From contig CAWHBU010000002.1 in the NCBI GenBank assembly GCA_963827685.1, positions 192,001 to 256,000 on the forward strand: a stretch of 64,000 bases of DNA, in the 5' to 3' direction. This document shows, piece after piece, positions 1 to 8,965 of this stretch. The translations under genes and the position numbers were made by a program. The DNA is from an uncultured delta proteobacterium. GTDB taxonomy: Bacteria > Desulfobacterota > BSN033 > UBA1163. The notes beneath the pieces are model-generated. The model was not told the origin of the DNA. It was given only the letters and a program-made list of their open reading frames with translations, and ran no database searches. Position 1 is the first letter of the stretch. Every line of letters begins with the position of its first letter.

Positions 1-223
1 AAGGGTGAATGCCATGTCGGAGAAAGACCAGCGTGCCGTGCTCAGGAGGAATGGGGATCATGCAGGAGACCTGCAGCGGCATGGATCTGTAAGCACTCTT
101 AATATAAGGTTTAATCGATTGGCCAAGTGAGGGGTATAAGTAAAATGCCACAACGGCGAAGAGCAGGGCAACTACGATGCATATGATTAGCCCAACAAAA
201 AAGATTCTAAAAACTTTTTTCAT
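1..223 (-). CDS. Partial hypothetical protein with N-terminal signal/TM segment (runs off left edge)
   Basis: Manual translation from ATG 223: MKKVFRIFFVGLIICIVVALLFAVVAFYLYPSLGQSIKPY..., open to position 1; GAGGT RBS upstream. Confidence 0.6.
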   Translation of the reverse strand, partial: MKKVFRIFFVGLIICIVVALLFAVVAFYLYPSLGQSIKPYIKSAYRSMPLQVSCMIPIPPEHGTLVFLRHGIHP

Positions 224-492
224 GGTTTTACCTCATATTTTAACAGAATTGTGGCACAACATTTTGTCTAAAGGTTCCCTTGTATCCTAAGATGGTTTGG
301 TGACAACCCCTCTTTATATATGTTTTGTAATATACACCACACCCAAGCTTTTTAAAAGTGCCAATTTCGGGAAGGGCGGGAGGGTAATCACCCGTCTGAC
401 CATTGCCTCTGCCTTGACAAATGTAGCCCTCAATAACTAACTTTAAATCGATGAGATTGACAAAGGCTGGATAGAGAAAGGAGGAAAAGACA

Positions 493-771
493 ATGGAAAC
501 AAACCAAAGAGGCTATTCAAATCTGTGGAAGGGACTTATGGTTGGCAGCATTTTGGGTACGGCAGCAGGCTTTTTATTAGCTCCCAAATCTGGAAAGGAA
601 CTGAGGTCAGATATTAAGGGGAAAACGGACAAGGCATTGGAGGAGACAAAGCGCGTTTACTCAGATAGTCGCACAAGGTTTAGAAATGCTTTGGCGTGTG
701 TTGCTGGGATAGGAGAAAAGGCTTTACCAAACGACTTTGTGTCGGGTGAAGAAATAATGGGGGACGCCTAA
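493..771 (+). CDS. YtxH-domain protein
   Basis: GLMVGSILGTAAGFLLAPKSGKELR motif; AGGAGG RBS. Confidence 0.85.
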   Translation: METNQRGYSNLWKGLMVGSILGTAAGFLLAPKSGKELRSDIKGKTDKALEETKRVYSDSRTRFRNALACVAGIGEKALPNDFVSGEEIMGDA

Positions 772-1061
772 GAGGAATTAACAGGTTGAGGAGACAAGAG
801 ATATAGACTTTTAAAAGTTTTCCCGAGTGTTTTATGGATTCCGAAACTTTCATTATGGTGTTTTAATTTAAGATTTCCAAACGGAATACAGTCTTTTCTA
901 CACGGAGATATAAAATTTATCTTGTTTACTTTGATTGTCGTTTTGGATAGAATAAAAAGAGTTCAGCGAAAATCAACAGGTGCCTTTTCATTAAAGGCGG
1001 ATCAAGCAGCTTTTGTAAGACGTGAGTGGTAACCAACAAAAAAGAAAGGAGGTTTCATCCT

Positions 1062-1460
1062 ATGGCAGAGAATGGAAACGGTGGTGGAGGGTTCCTGCGG
1101 GGATTCCTTATAGGAGGCATGCTGGGGGTAATAGCAGGTGTTTTATTTGCTCCTAAATCCGGAAAAGAGCTGAGATCTGAACTGAAGCAGAAGGGGAGTG
1201 AAGTCCTCGACGAAGCGAAGGGATTTTATTCAGAAGCACAGGTTAAAGCGAAGGCCATCCTTGAAGATGCTCAGCGCCGGGCTGAAGAACTGAAGAAGGA
1301 AGCCAATCTTCAGCTTACCGAAGCACGCCTGAAGGCAAAGGAAGTGATAGAGGACGCAAAAACAGGGGCGAAAAAAGTAAAGGGAGCGGTAGAGGTAGGT
1401 TTGGAAGCCGCAAAGCAAGAGTTCTCTAAGGGATCGAAGAAGAATGAAACCAAGGCTTAA
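1062..1460 (+). CDS. YtxH-domain protein
   Basis: GFLIGGMLGVIAGVLFAPKSGKELR then coiled coil; start moved to ATG 1062 behind AAGGAGGT RBS. Confidence 0.85.
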   Translation: MAENGNGGGGFLRGFLIGGMLGVIAGVLFAPKSGKELRSELKQKGSEVLDEAKGFYSEAQVKAKAILEDAQRRAEELKKEANLQLTEARLKAKEVIEDAKTGAKKVKGAVEVGLEAAKQEFSKGSKKNETKA

Positions 1461-1481
1461 ATCGAAGGGAGATCACCACTT

Positions 1482-1874
1482 ATGTTACAGACTATCAGCG
1501 TCACTGTCATTGCAGCCTCTATAGTCGTTGTCACGATTGTTCTCATCCCTGTTATTTTGCAGATCCGCCGAACAGCTCGCGAGGCTGAGAAATTTTTAGA
1601 AACAGCCCGCACGCAGATTGTTCCCCTGGGTCATGACCTGACTGTCATTTCCAAGGAAGTCAGTAGTATCGTGCAATCCATTCATCGGCAGGCGGATAAA
1701 GTTGAGGAAGGGATTGTCACTGTTGAGGAGGCTGCCGGGCGCCTGCGGGAGTTCGAGGAAGCCGTATTGACCATCGTTGGGGAGCCCCTACTCAAGCTTG
1801 CAACGCTGGTCAGCGCAGTGAGCCGAGGAATCGGGGCCTTTCTGCGATTTTTTCGAAGTCCAGCTGCAGAGTGA
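1482..1874 (+). CDS. DUF948/YoxC-like membrane-anchored protein
   Basis: N-terminal TM helix plus amphipathic coil; usual YtxH neighbour. Confidence 0.7.
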   Translation: MLQTISVTVIAASIVVVTIVLIPVILQIRRTAREAEKFLETARTQIVPLGHDLTVISKEVSSIVQSIHRQADKVEEGIVTVEEAAGRLREFEEAVLTIVGEPLLKLATLVSAVSRGIGAFLRFFRSPAAE

Positions 1875-1908
1875 TGAATGTAGGGAAATAAAATCAAGGA
1901 CCAAAACA

Positions 1909-1990
1909 GAGATCCCGAGATCGTTAGATTGAATTCGATAGAGCCTGAACTTGTTTCAGGGCAAGGTTCAGGACCTGGTTCGGGATGACA
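1909..1990. repeat. REP-like palindromic element between convergent genes
   Basis: gatcccga...cctgaac...gttcagg...tcgggatgaca nested inverted repeats. Confidence 0.4.
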
Positions 1991-2038
1991 AGAAACAAGC
2001 GTCGACCGCGGATTGATGTTTCAAGGATCTTAAATTCT

Positions 2039-3901
2039 TTATAAATACCCTAGTTTCTTCAGGTTGACCATCAGGATGGAGATAGCGGCAGGGGTGACAC
2101 CAGAGATTCTTGAAGCCTGGCCGAGGGAATAAGGTTTAATCTTCTTCAGTTTCTCCATCACCTCTGTGGTGAGTCCGATCACAGAGCTGAAATCAAATTG
2201 TCCTGGGAAGCTCACGTCCTCCAATCTTCTAAACCTTTCAATCTGTTCCATCTGCCTCTTGATATACCCGTCATATTTCACCTGAATCTCGACCTGCTCC
2301 TGTATCGATTCTGGAAAATTTTCGAGACTTCGATCAAACTCAAAGAGGTGTTTGAAATGAATCTCCGGCCTCTTCAGTATTTCTTGAAGGGAAGAATCTT
2401 TTTTCAGAGTAGCGCTTCCCCATTGATGGAGGATCTCATCATTTTTCTTCGTGGGATTGATTCTTAGAGATGAGATTCTGGATAGTGCTTTTTCAATCGC
2501 CGCTTTTTTCTGCAGAAAGATCTTATAGTCTTCCTTCTTCACTAACCCCACTTCGTATCCGTCTTCTCTCAATCTCAGATCGGCATTGTCTTCTCTCAAA
2601 TAGAGGCGGTATTCCGCACGGGAGGTAAACATGCGATAGGGTTCGGCAGTCCCTTTGGTGACCAGGTCATCGATCAAAACGCCGATATAAGCATCGGAAC
2701 GTTTCAAGATGAGAGGTTCCTCCCCTCGAATAGAGAGCGAGGCATTGATCCCGGCCATCAATCCTTGTGCCCCTGCCTCTTCGTAGCCCGACGTTCCGTT
2801 TATCTGTCCAGCGTGAAAGAGTCCTTTGATCCTTTTCGTTTCAAGGGAAGGCTTCAGTTCCGTGGGATCGACAAAGTCATATTCGATGGCATAACCGGGC
2901 CGGATGATCTCCACTTCTTCGAGCCCTTTGATCGATCTTAGCATTCGGATCTGGATATCAAGAGGAAGGCTGGTGGAGATCCCATTCGGATAGACCTCAT
3001 TGGTGTTTCGGCCATCGGGCTCTAAAAAGATCTGGTGTCTTTTCTTATCTGCAAAACGGACCACTTTATCCTCAATCGAGGGGCAATATCGGGGTCCGAT
3101 GCCTTTGATAATTCCGCAGTAGAGAGGGGACCGGTCGAGGCCGCTCCTAATAATTTCGTGGGTAGTGGGATTCGTATAAGTCATATAGCAGGGAACCTGT
3201 TCGACATCGATCTTTTCTGTTGAGAAGGAAAAAGGAATTGGCGGTTCGTCTCCGTATTGAGGCGTCAGTTGAGAGAAATTAATGGTATTTCGATCGAGCC
3301 TGGGAGTGGTTCCGGTCTTGAGCCTTCCCATCCGAAACCCCAATCTATTGAGCGATTCTGATAAGCCGATGGAGGGCGGATCACCCATCCGGCCGGCAGA
3401 AAAGTGGGTGAGACCAATATGGATCAGACCATTCATAAAAGTCCCCGGGGTAAGGATCAATGCTTTTGTTTGGATGGTTTCATTTGAATCTGTTTTCACA
3501 CCCATGATCTGATTTTCATCTATTAGAATTTCCTCTACCGTCGCTTCTTTGATCGAGAGATTTTCTTGATTCTCGACAGTCCTTTTCATTCGAGATCGGT
3601 ATTCCTGACGATCAACCTGAGCTCGTGAAGAGCGAACCGCAGGACCTTTCGTATCATTGAGCTGACGGAATTGTATTCCTGTTTCGTCAGTGGCTTTGGC
3701 CATCTCTCCACCGAGTGCATCGATCTCCTTCACCAGATGGCCTTTGGCCAACCCACCCACAGCAGGGTTGCAGGACATGTAGCCAATCTGTTCGACTTTT
3801 TGAGTGATCAGAAGGGTAGGGTGTCCCAGACGGGCGCAGGCCAGGCAGGCTTCAATCCCAGCATGCCCTCCGCCCACCACCACTACATCGTAATCAGCCA
3901 T
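2039..3901 (-). CDS. mnmG: tRNA uridine-5-carboxymethylaminomethyl(34) synthesis enzyme MnmG (GidA)
   Basis: VVVVGGGHAGIEA, MSCNPAVGGLAKG, GPRYCPSIEDK, GQINGTSGYEEA, EPYRMFTSRAEYRL; start set at MADYDV. Confidence 0.97.
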   Translation of the reverse strand: MADYDVVVVGGGHAGIEACLACARLGHPTLLITQKVEQIGYMSCNPAVGGLAKGHLVKEIDALGGEMAKATDETGIQFRQLNDTKGPAVRSSRAQVDRQEYRSRMKRTVENQENLSIKEATVEEILIDENQIMGVKTDSNETIQTKALILTPGTFMNGLIHIGLTHFSAGRMGDPPSIGLSESLNRLGFRMGRLKTGTTPRLDRNTINFSQLTPQYGDEPPIPFSFSTEKIDVEQVPCYMTYTNPTTHEIIRSGLDRSPLYCGIIKGIGPRYCPSIEDKVVRFADKKRHQIFLEPDGRNTNEVYPNGISTSLPLDIQIRMLRSIKGLEEVEIIRPGYAIEYDFVDPTELKPSLETKRIKGLFHAGQINGTSGYEEAGAQGLMAGINASLSIRGEEPLILKRSDAYIGVLIDDLVTKGTAEPYRMFTSRAEYRLYLREDNADLRLREDGYEVGLVKKEDYKIFLQKKAAIEKALSRISSLRINPTKKNDEILHQWGSATLKKDSSLQEILKRPEIHFKHLFEFDRSLENFPESIQEQVEIQVKYDGYIKRQMEQIERFRRLEDVSFPGQFDFSSVIGLTTEVMEKLKKIKPYSLGQASRISGVTPAAISILMVNLKKLGYL

Positions 3902-3973
3902 AGTCAACACCAAAATTCGATTTAAAAGCGTTCTCGCCAGGTATGCTGCCCGAGACACAGGGCGTAGCGACTA

Positions 3974-4105
3974 AATTTCAAAATTCCAAAATCCAAATCC
4001 CAAATAAATTCCAAGCCCCAATTTCCAATAACCCAAACTGTTTTGTTTAGAATTTTGAATTTCGGTCATTGATATTTGTTTAGAACTTGGTATTTGGGAT
4101 TTGGT
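3974..4105. repeat. Heptamer-repeat inverted array (aaattcc/aaatccc ... ggatttg type)
   Basis: Tandem 7-mers on the left arm mirrored by complementary 7-mers on the right; same family at ~42097-42300. Confidence 0.6.
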
Positions 4106-4133
4106 GCTTCTCTTTTTCGCTATGCGCTCTGCC

Positions 4134-4817
4134 CTATGCGGTTTTTTTGCCTCGGCAGGCTTTTACGCAGACGCCACAGATATTATGGCTGAAGTGGAGG
4201 GTTTTGGCAAAGGTTCTGAGTTGTTCATAACATCGAAGATGATCGAAATCCCCTTGCCGTTCCTTAATTGCCCCTGCAGGACAGACCGACAGGCAATTGC
4301 GGCAGGAACCACAATCTCTTGTTGAAGGGGAATCAATCATAAGAGGAAGGTCGGTGAGGATGGTAACCAAACGAATCCGAGATCCAAATTGTTCATTGAC
4401 GAGAAGGTTGTTTCGGCCGATCCACCCCAATCCCGCAGCCCGGGCCACATGTTTATGGGAAACGTGGCCCTTTTGGTTTTTCCAATCAACGATTTGGGAG
4501 GCAGGGATGGGCATCGCCTGGTGTCCGAGGTCTTGAATCGCCGAACTCACGATCAGCCCAATGGTGTCCAGAAGAATATTAACCCTCTGGTAGTGATGGA
4601 AATAGAGTGGAGTGGGTTGGTTTTCAATCTCTTCTAAAATCGCATTGGAAAGGTGAAATCCCACCGAGACCCCATAGGGAAGTCGATTGATCAAGGAAGG
4701 AGGAAGAAGGATTTCCTCCTTTTTAAAAGAACGAAGATCTGCCACTCCAAACAGGGAACCTCCCTGTTGGTGGCAAAGTTTTTTTATCTTTTCGGCGCTT
4801 TCCTTAGGATTCGGCAT
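4134..4817 (-). CDS. Epoxyqueuosine-reductase-like (QueG-type) 4Fe-4S protein
   Basis: SHKHVARAAGLGWIGRNNL, GSRIRLVTILTD, CGSCRNCLSVCP, CGVCVKAC. Confidence 0.75.
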   Translation of the reverse strand: MPNPKESAEKIKKLCHQQGGSLFGVADLRSFKKEEILLPPSLINRLPYGVSVGFHLSNAILEEIENQPTPLYFHHYQRVNILLDTIGLIVSSAIQDLGHQAMPIPASQIVDWKNQKGHVSHKHVARAAGLGWIGRNNLLVNEQFGSRIRLVTILTDLPLMIDSPSTRDCGSCRNCLSVCPAGAIKERQGDFDHLRCYEQLRTFAKTLHFSHNICGVCVKACRGKKTA

Positions 4818-4865
4818 GGAGTAAATTGTGACTTTTGAATGGATTTATTGCAAGAACATTCTCAT

Positions 4866-4927
4866 TTCGGAATTCGGAATGCGGATTTCGGATTTGAATT
4901 CCGCACTCCGCATTCTGCAATCGGCAA
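4866..4927. repeat. Heptamer-repeat palindrome (ttcggaa/tgcggaa ... ttccgca); possible terminator
   Basis: tttcggaattcggaatgcggatttcgg...ttccgcactccgcattctgca; partial copies near 8874-8893 and 56437-56462. Confidence 0.5.
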
Positions 4928-4932
4928 TTGAA

Positions 4933-5745
4933 CTAACGCGCCTTAATCTTCAGCTCTTGCATTTTTTTGCGAAGGGTGTTCCGATTGATCCCTAAGAATT
5001 GGGCGGCAGCAATTTGGACATGGTCCACCTTCTCTAAGGCGGACTTGATCAAGATCTTCTCTACCAATCTAATGATATCGTCATAGATCCCCATCTTGGT
5101 CTTTGTCTCCACATAAGGGTCAATCTTATTCAGAACTTCAACCAGTTTCTGTTCCAGGATATCATCCAGAAGATGAGATCCTGCCTTCAGTTTGCTATCT
5201 TTCGCAAGAGGTCCGCTCTTTTTCAAATGGAAATTTTTAATCACAGGAGAGAGGATCGCTGAGAGGATGGAGAGGAACTGAAAATCCTCAGCCAATTCGT
5301 CTCTGGGACCATAGAGGGAATTCATGTTCATGACACCCATGGGCTCATTATCCGGAATGAGAGGGATGCAGAGCAGAGGGGGTTGGACCTTCTCGATCCA
5401 CCTCTGGCTCTTCATCATTTCCTCGTAGAGCGGCTCTCGACTTAAATCCTGAATCACCATGGGTTGTCGCGATTCCAGGACTTTACCGATCGTCCCTTTT
5501 TGGGCAGGACAAGTTGGCGGATGGATCTCTTTTTCGATTCCATAGAGAGCTTCCACTTGGAGAAAATCCTTTTGAGCGTCTTGGAGGAAGAGGGCTGAAT
5601 ACTTAATTGGGAAATATTGAGATAGGATTCCCATCGCTCCGAGAAAATAATCTTGGAGGTGGTTCTGTGGAGGGAGCAGGATGATCTCGTAAAGGCTCCT
5701 CAATTCAGGGTTTGACCGGGGATTGATGAAGAATGGTGAAGACAT
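4933..5745 (-). CDS. GAF domain + Fis-type HTH regulator without sigma54 AAA+ domain
   Basis: GTIGKVLESRQPMVIQDL...LLCIPL (GAF); VEKILIKSALEKVDHVQIAAAQFLGINRNTLRKKM (Fis HTH). Confidence 0.75.
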   Translation of the reverse strand: MSSPFFINPRSNPELRSLYEIILLPPQNHLQDYFLGAMGILSQYFPIKYSALFLQDAQKDFLQVEALYGIEKEIHPPTCPAQKGTIGKVLESRQPMVIQDLSREPLYEEMMKSQRWIEKVQPPLLCIPLIPDNEPMGVMNMNSLYGPRDELAEDFQFLSILSAILSPVIKNFHLKKSGPLAKDSKLKAGSHLLDDILEQKLVEVLNKIDPYVETKTKMGIYDDIIRLVEKILIKSALEKVDHVQIAAAQFLGINRNTLRKKMQELKIKAR

Positions 5746-5905
5746 ATCAGGCTCCTATCCGCTGGAACTCGAATGAAACGATGGTTTTGACAAACGGGGT
5801 ACCTTGGAGTTTATTCCGAAGATTAATCCTATATAAATTGAATTCCAATTTCAAGAAAAATTTACACTTGAAGTCTCATCATGAATTCATTAAAATCCAC
5901 TCCAT

Positions 5906-6865
5906 ATGGCCGCAAAGATTGAGATGGATCGGCCTCGGGTGGTGATTCTCCTCGGTCCGACGGGATCAGGAAAATCAAAATTGGCTATGGAATGGGCGGA
6001 GGAGTGGGGGGGTGAAATCATCAGTGCTGACTCCATGCAGGTTTATCGGTATATGGATATCGGCACAGCCAAACCCACACGCGACGACCAAGAGAGAGTA
6101 CGGCACCACTTAATTGATTTAGTCACCCCTGATCAACCTTTTCATGCTGCAGTCTATCGAACTCTGGGTCGGAAAACCATTGATCAATTATTCCAGGATA
6201 AGAAATGCATTTGGGTGGTAGGAGGAACTGGACTTTATATCAAAACCCTCACTCAGGGACTCTTTTCCAGTCCCAAAATAGATCCCCACGTGAGGGAAAG
6301 CCTAAAACAGGAAGCCAAGGAGAAAGGGGGAAATGCCCTTTATGAGCGTTTGAAAAAAGTCGATTCCCAGACAGCCTTTCATCTCCATCCGAACGACCTC
6401 TTTCGAATTATACGAGCTCTGGAGGTCTTTGATTCGACAGGAGCCCCCATTTCTTTCTATCGGGAACAGCATCGTTTTGGAGAAAGACCATACGTGACTT
6501 TAAAAATTGGTCTGGAGATGAACCGGGACACGCTCTATCGTCGTATCGAGGAAAGAGTAGATCAGATGTTAGAAAAAGGGCTCCTTCAGGAGGTCGAGAG
6601 GCTGATGGAAATGGGTTATGGACCTGAATTGAAGCCGATGCAGAGTTTAGGTTATAAACAGATGGTCCAATTTCTCTTGAAAGAGATCGGGTGGGAGGAA
6701 GCCGTAAGACAGATGAAAAGGGATACACGTCATTATGCCAAGCGGCAATGGACATGGTTTAAGGCCGATCCTGAGATTCACTGGCGGGATGAGTCAACGG
6801 ATCGGCGAAAAATGTTTCTCGAAATCGAATCTTTTTGGGGAAGGGGAGGCCCCAAGGCATGGTGA
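5906..6865 (+). CDS. miaA: tRNA dimethylallyltransferase
   Basis: GPTGSGKS, IISADSMQVYRYMDIGTAKP, VGGTGLY, TRHYAKRQWTWF. Confidence 0.97.
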   Translation: MAAKIEMDRPRVVILLGPTGSGKSKLAMEWAEEWGGEIISADSMQVYRYMDIGTAKPTRDDQERVRHHLIDLVTPDQPFHAAVYRTLGRKTIDQLFQDKKCIWVVGGTGLYIKTLTQGLFSSPKIDPHVRESLKQEAKEKGGNALYERLKKVDSQTAFHLHPNDLFRIIRALEVFDSTGAPISFYREQHRFGERPYVTLKIGLEMNRDTLYRRIEERVDQMLEKGLLQEVERLMEMGYGPELKPMQSLGYKQMVQFLLKEIGWEEAVRQMKRDTRHYAKRQWTWFKADPEIHWRDESTDRRKMFLEIESFWGRGGPKAW

Positions 6866-7086
6866 AGAATCAGATTAATATCCAGGATCAATTTCTCAAT
6901 CGTATCCGGCGGGATCGGAAACATGTGGTGGTCGAATTGACCACGGGTCGCAAGATCGAAGGGGTTATTCTCAGCTTTGATAATTTCTGCATCATCCTCC
7001 GGAAAGAGGCGGATCAGCTGGTTTATAAGCATGCCATCTGCTCCATCTCTTCCGGTGAAAAGATAGAATTTCTTGAGACAAGATAG
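6859..7086 (+). CDS. hfq: RNA chaperone Hfq
   Basis: NIQDQFLN...G..LSFDNF...QLVYKHAI; overlaps miaA stop; ATG 6859. Confidence 0.92.
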   Translation: MVKNQINIQDQFLNRIRRDRKHVVVELTTGRKIEGVILSFDNFCIILRKEADQLVYKHAICSISSGEKIEFLETR

Positions 7087-7158
7087 AATAAATTCCAATA
7101 ACTAATAGGAACGACATAAATAAGGTGACATCACCCTCTCCCTAACCCTCCCCCCTTG

Positions 7159-7400
7159 GAGGTTGTGTCGTAATCAATGACGGAGGGGAGATATGGACAG
7201 AGCAGACAGTCAAGTTCCTCAGCTTTAGAAGGCGGTCATTTAGAGGTATGGGTAATCGAGCTTCTTGCAAATGTAATCTTTCCATAGGCTTGCAGCCCCG
7301 TAGCTGACCGATAAAAGGTTTCCGCCCTAAAGCTTCGTCACCTGACCGCCTGCTCCGTCTTGTTGCGAGAGCGGTCTCTTGTTCATTATGACACAGTCTC
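7159..7400. mobile_element. 242-bp MITE/internally deleted IS inserted in the loop of a REP-like palindrome
   Basis: IRs gaggttgtgtcgtaat (7159-7174) / attatgacacagtctc (7385-7400), 13/16 match; 3-bp direct repeat TTG at 7156-7158 and 7401-7403. Confidence 0.75.
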
Positions 7401-7481
7401 TTGAGGGGGAGGGGAGGGTGGGGGGTAAAATAAATTAACACATTTGCATTAGGTTGATTAATATGTAAGTTAGAGGACAGG

Positions 7482-8087
7482 ATGATGGATGATTTTGATG
7501 TCAAACCCATACTTGAAAGTCTCTTTTTCATTTCGGATTCTCCCATTCGGCTTGAAACCCTTGTCGAGATGCTGCCCGAATCAAACAAAGAGGCTATCTT
7601 AGAAGGGATTCATCAGATTAAATCAGAATATGAAGATCGTTCCAAGGGAATAGAGCTGGCAGAGATAGCGGGTGGATATCAATTCCGGACAAAACCCAGC
7701 TGGGCCGGATGGGTCAACCGGCTGAAAAGAGCGAAGGCAGTGAGGCTGAGTCAAGCCGCTTTAGAGACATTGGCCATCGTTGCCTATCGCCAACCCATTA
7801 TAGGACCTGCCATCGAAGAGGTTCGCGGGGTCGATTCGGGATCTGTCCTTCATACCCTTTTGGAAAAGGGATTGATTAAGATATTGGGCCGAAAAGACCT
7901 GCCCGGACGTCCCATTGTCTATGGGACCACCAAAACCTTTCTTGAACTCTTCAGCCTTAATACGCTTTCTGATCTCCCCAGCCTCCAAGAAATCCAACCC
8001 CTTCGAGCGCCCGAAGAGATTTTAGAAAACCCCCATCCCTCTCCCCTTGGGGGAGAGGGATGGGGCGAGGGGGAGAAAGCAGAGTAG
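7482..8087 (+). CDS. scpB: SMC-Scp complex subunit ScpB
   Basis: IAGGYQFRT, LSQAALETLAIVAYRQPI, LPGRPIVYGTTKTFLELF. Confidence 0.95.
   Translation: MMDDFDVKPILESLFFISDSPIRLETLVEMLPESNKEAILEGIHQIKSEYEDRSKGIELAEIAGGYQFRTKPSWAGWVNRLKRAKAVRLSQAALETLAIVAYRQPIIGPAIEEVRGVDSGSVLHTLLEKGLIKILGRKDLPGRPIVYGTTKTFLELFSLNTLSDLPSLQEIQPLRAPEEILENPHPSPLGGEGWGEGEKAE
8030..8075. repeat. C-rich/G-rich REP-like palindrome inside scpB 3' end; family also at ~7131-7158+7404-7426, 10714-10753, 18098-18132, 37940-37975, 42193-42240, 51354-51388, 54601-54698
   Basis: ccccatccctctccccttgggggagagggatgggg; near-identical to 42193-42240. Confidence 0.75.
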
Positions 8088-8096
8088 GGAATTCGA

Positions 8097-8852
8097 TTGG
8101 CACTGGAACGGATTCAAAAGATTTTAGCCAAGACCGGGATCGCCTCGAGGAGAGAGGCCGAGAGGATGGTGGTTGAAGGTAGGGTGTCGGTCAATGGTAA
8201 AGTCGTTGAGACATTGGGTTTCAAAGCCGATCCATCCAAGAATCACATCAAAGTGGATGGTAGAAGACTCACCCATTTTGAACCGAAAGTGATTCTTCTC
8301 CTCAATAAACCCAGGGGCTATCTTTCCACGGTCAAAGACCCAAAGGGAAGGCCAACCGTTTTGGATCTTCTTAAAAATTTGAAATGGAGAATCTATCCAG
8401 TAGGTCGCCTCGATTTCGATGCCGAGGGACTTCTCCTTCTCACCAATGATGGTGACCTTGCCCACCTCCTCTCCCATCCAAGATTCTCCATTCCAAAGAC
8501 CTATTTGGCGAAGGTGGCAGGCGTCCCGGAGGAGAAGAAACTGATGCGGCTCAAGAGGGGGGTAATGCTCGAAGATGGAGAAGCCAAGGCCGTTTCCTGC
8601 AACCTTATCCGCCAAAGAGAAAAAAATAGCTGGGTCCGGGTGGTGGTGACAGAAGGAAGAAACCATCTGGTGAAGAGGATGTTTTCAGCCATTGGCCACA
8701 GTGTTCTCAAGTTGAAGCGAATCGAATATGGGCCGATTCACTTAGGAGACCTCCCTTTCGGACAATTCCGTTACCTCACCGCTGAAGAAATGGAGAAGCT
8801 TAGAAAGATCAGTTGGAGTAAGATAAATAAAGATGGGGAGAAAGGGAGATAG
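8097..8852 (+). CDS. rluB: rRNA pseudouridine synthase (RluB/RsuA family, S4 domain)
   Basis: ERIQKILAKTGIASRR, LLNKPRG, PVGRLDFDAEGLLLLTNDG, EGRNH; follows scpB. Confidence 0.85.
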   Translation: MALERIQKILAKTGIASRREAERMVVEGRVSVNGKVVETLGFKADPSKNHIKVDGRRLTHFEPKVILLLNKPRGYLSTVKDPKGRPTVLDLLKNLKWRIYPVGRLDFDAEGLLLLTNDGDLAHLLSHPRFSIPKTYLAKVAGVPEEKKLMRLKRGVMLEDGEAKAVSCNLIRQREKNSWVRVVVTEGRNHLVKRMFSAIGHSVLKLKRIEYGPIHLGDLPFGQFRYLTAEEMEKLRKISWSKINKDGEKGR

Positions 8853-8899
8853 GGAGACACGGAGAGTTTTTGATGCGGAATGCGGATTTCGGAGCCGTT

Positions 8900-8962
8900 T
8901 GTAGCGCCCCCATTTATTGGGGGCGAAAGAGGAGGACGTCGGCAGTAAATGCCGACGCTACA
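8900..8962. repeat. GTAG-type REP doublet (REPIN-like)
   Basis: tgtag-cgcccccatttattgggggcg ... cgtcggcagtaaatgccgacg-ctaca; second copy 55191-55248. Confidence 0.75.
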
Positions 8963-8965
8963 TGA

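Noticed and set aside
7142-7588. 148-aa minus-strand ORF
   Set aside because: Composed of MITE, REP and antisense scpB sequence
5906-8852. Missing usual neighbours (hflX, scpA; also yajC before secD, surE before pcm)
   Set aside because: Gene-order shuffling is common and these genes may lie outside the window
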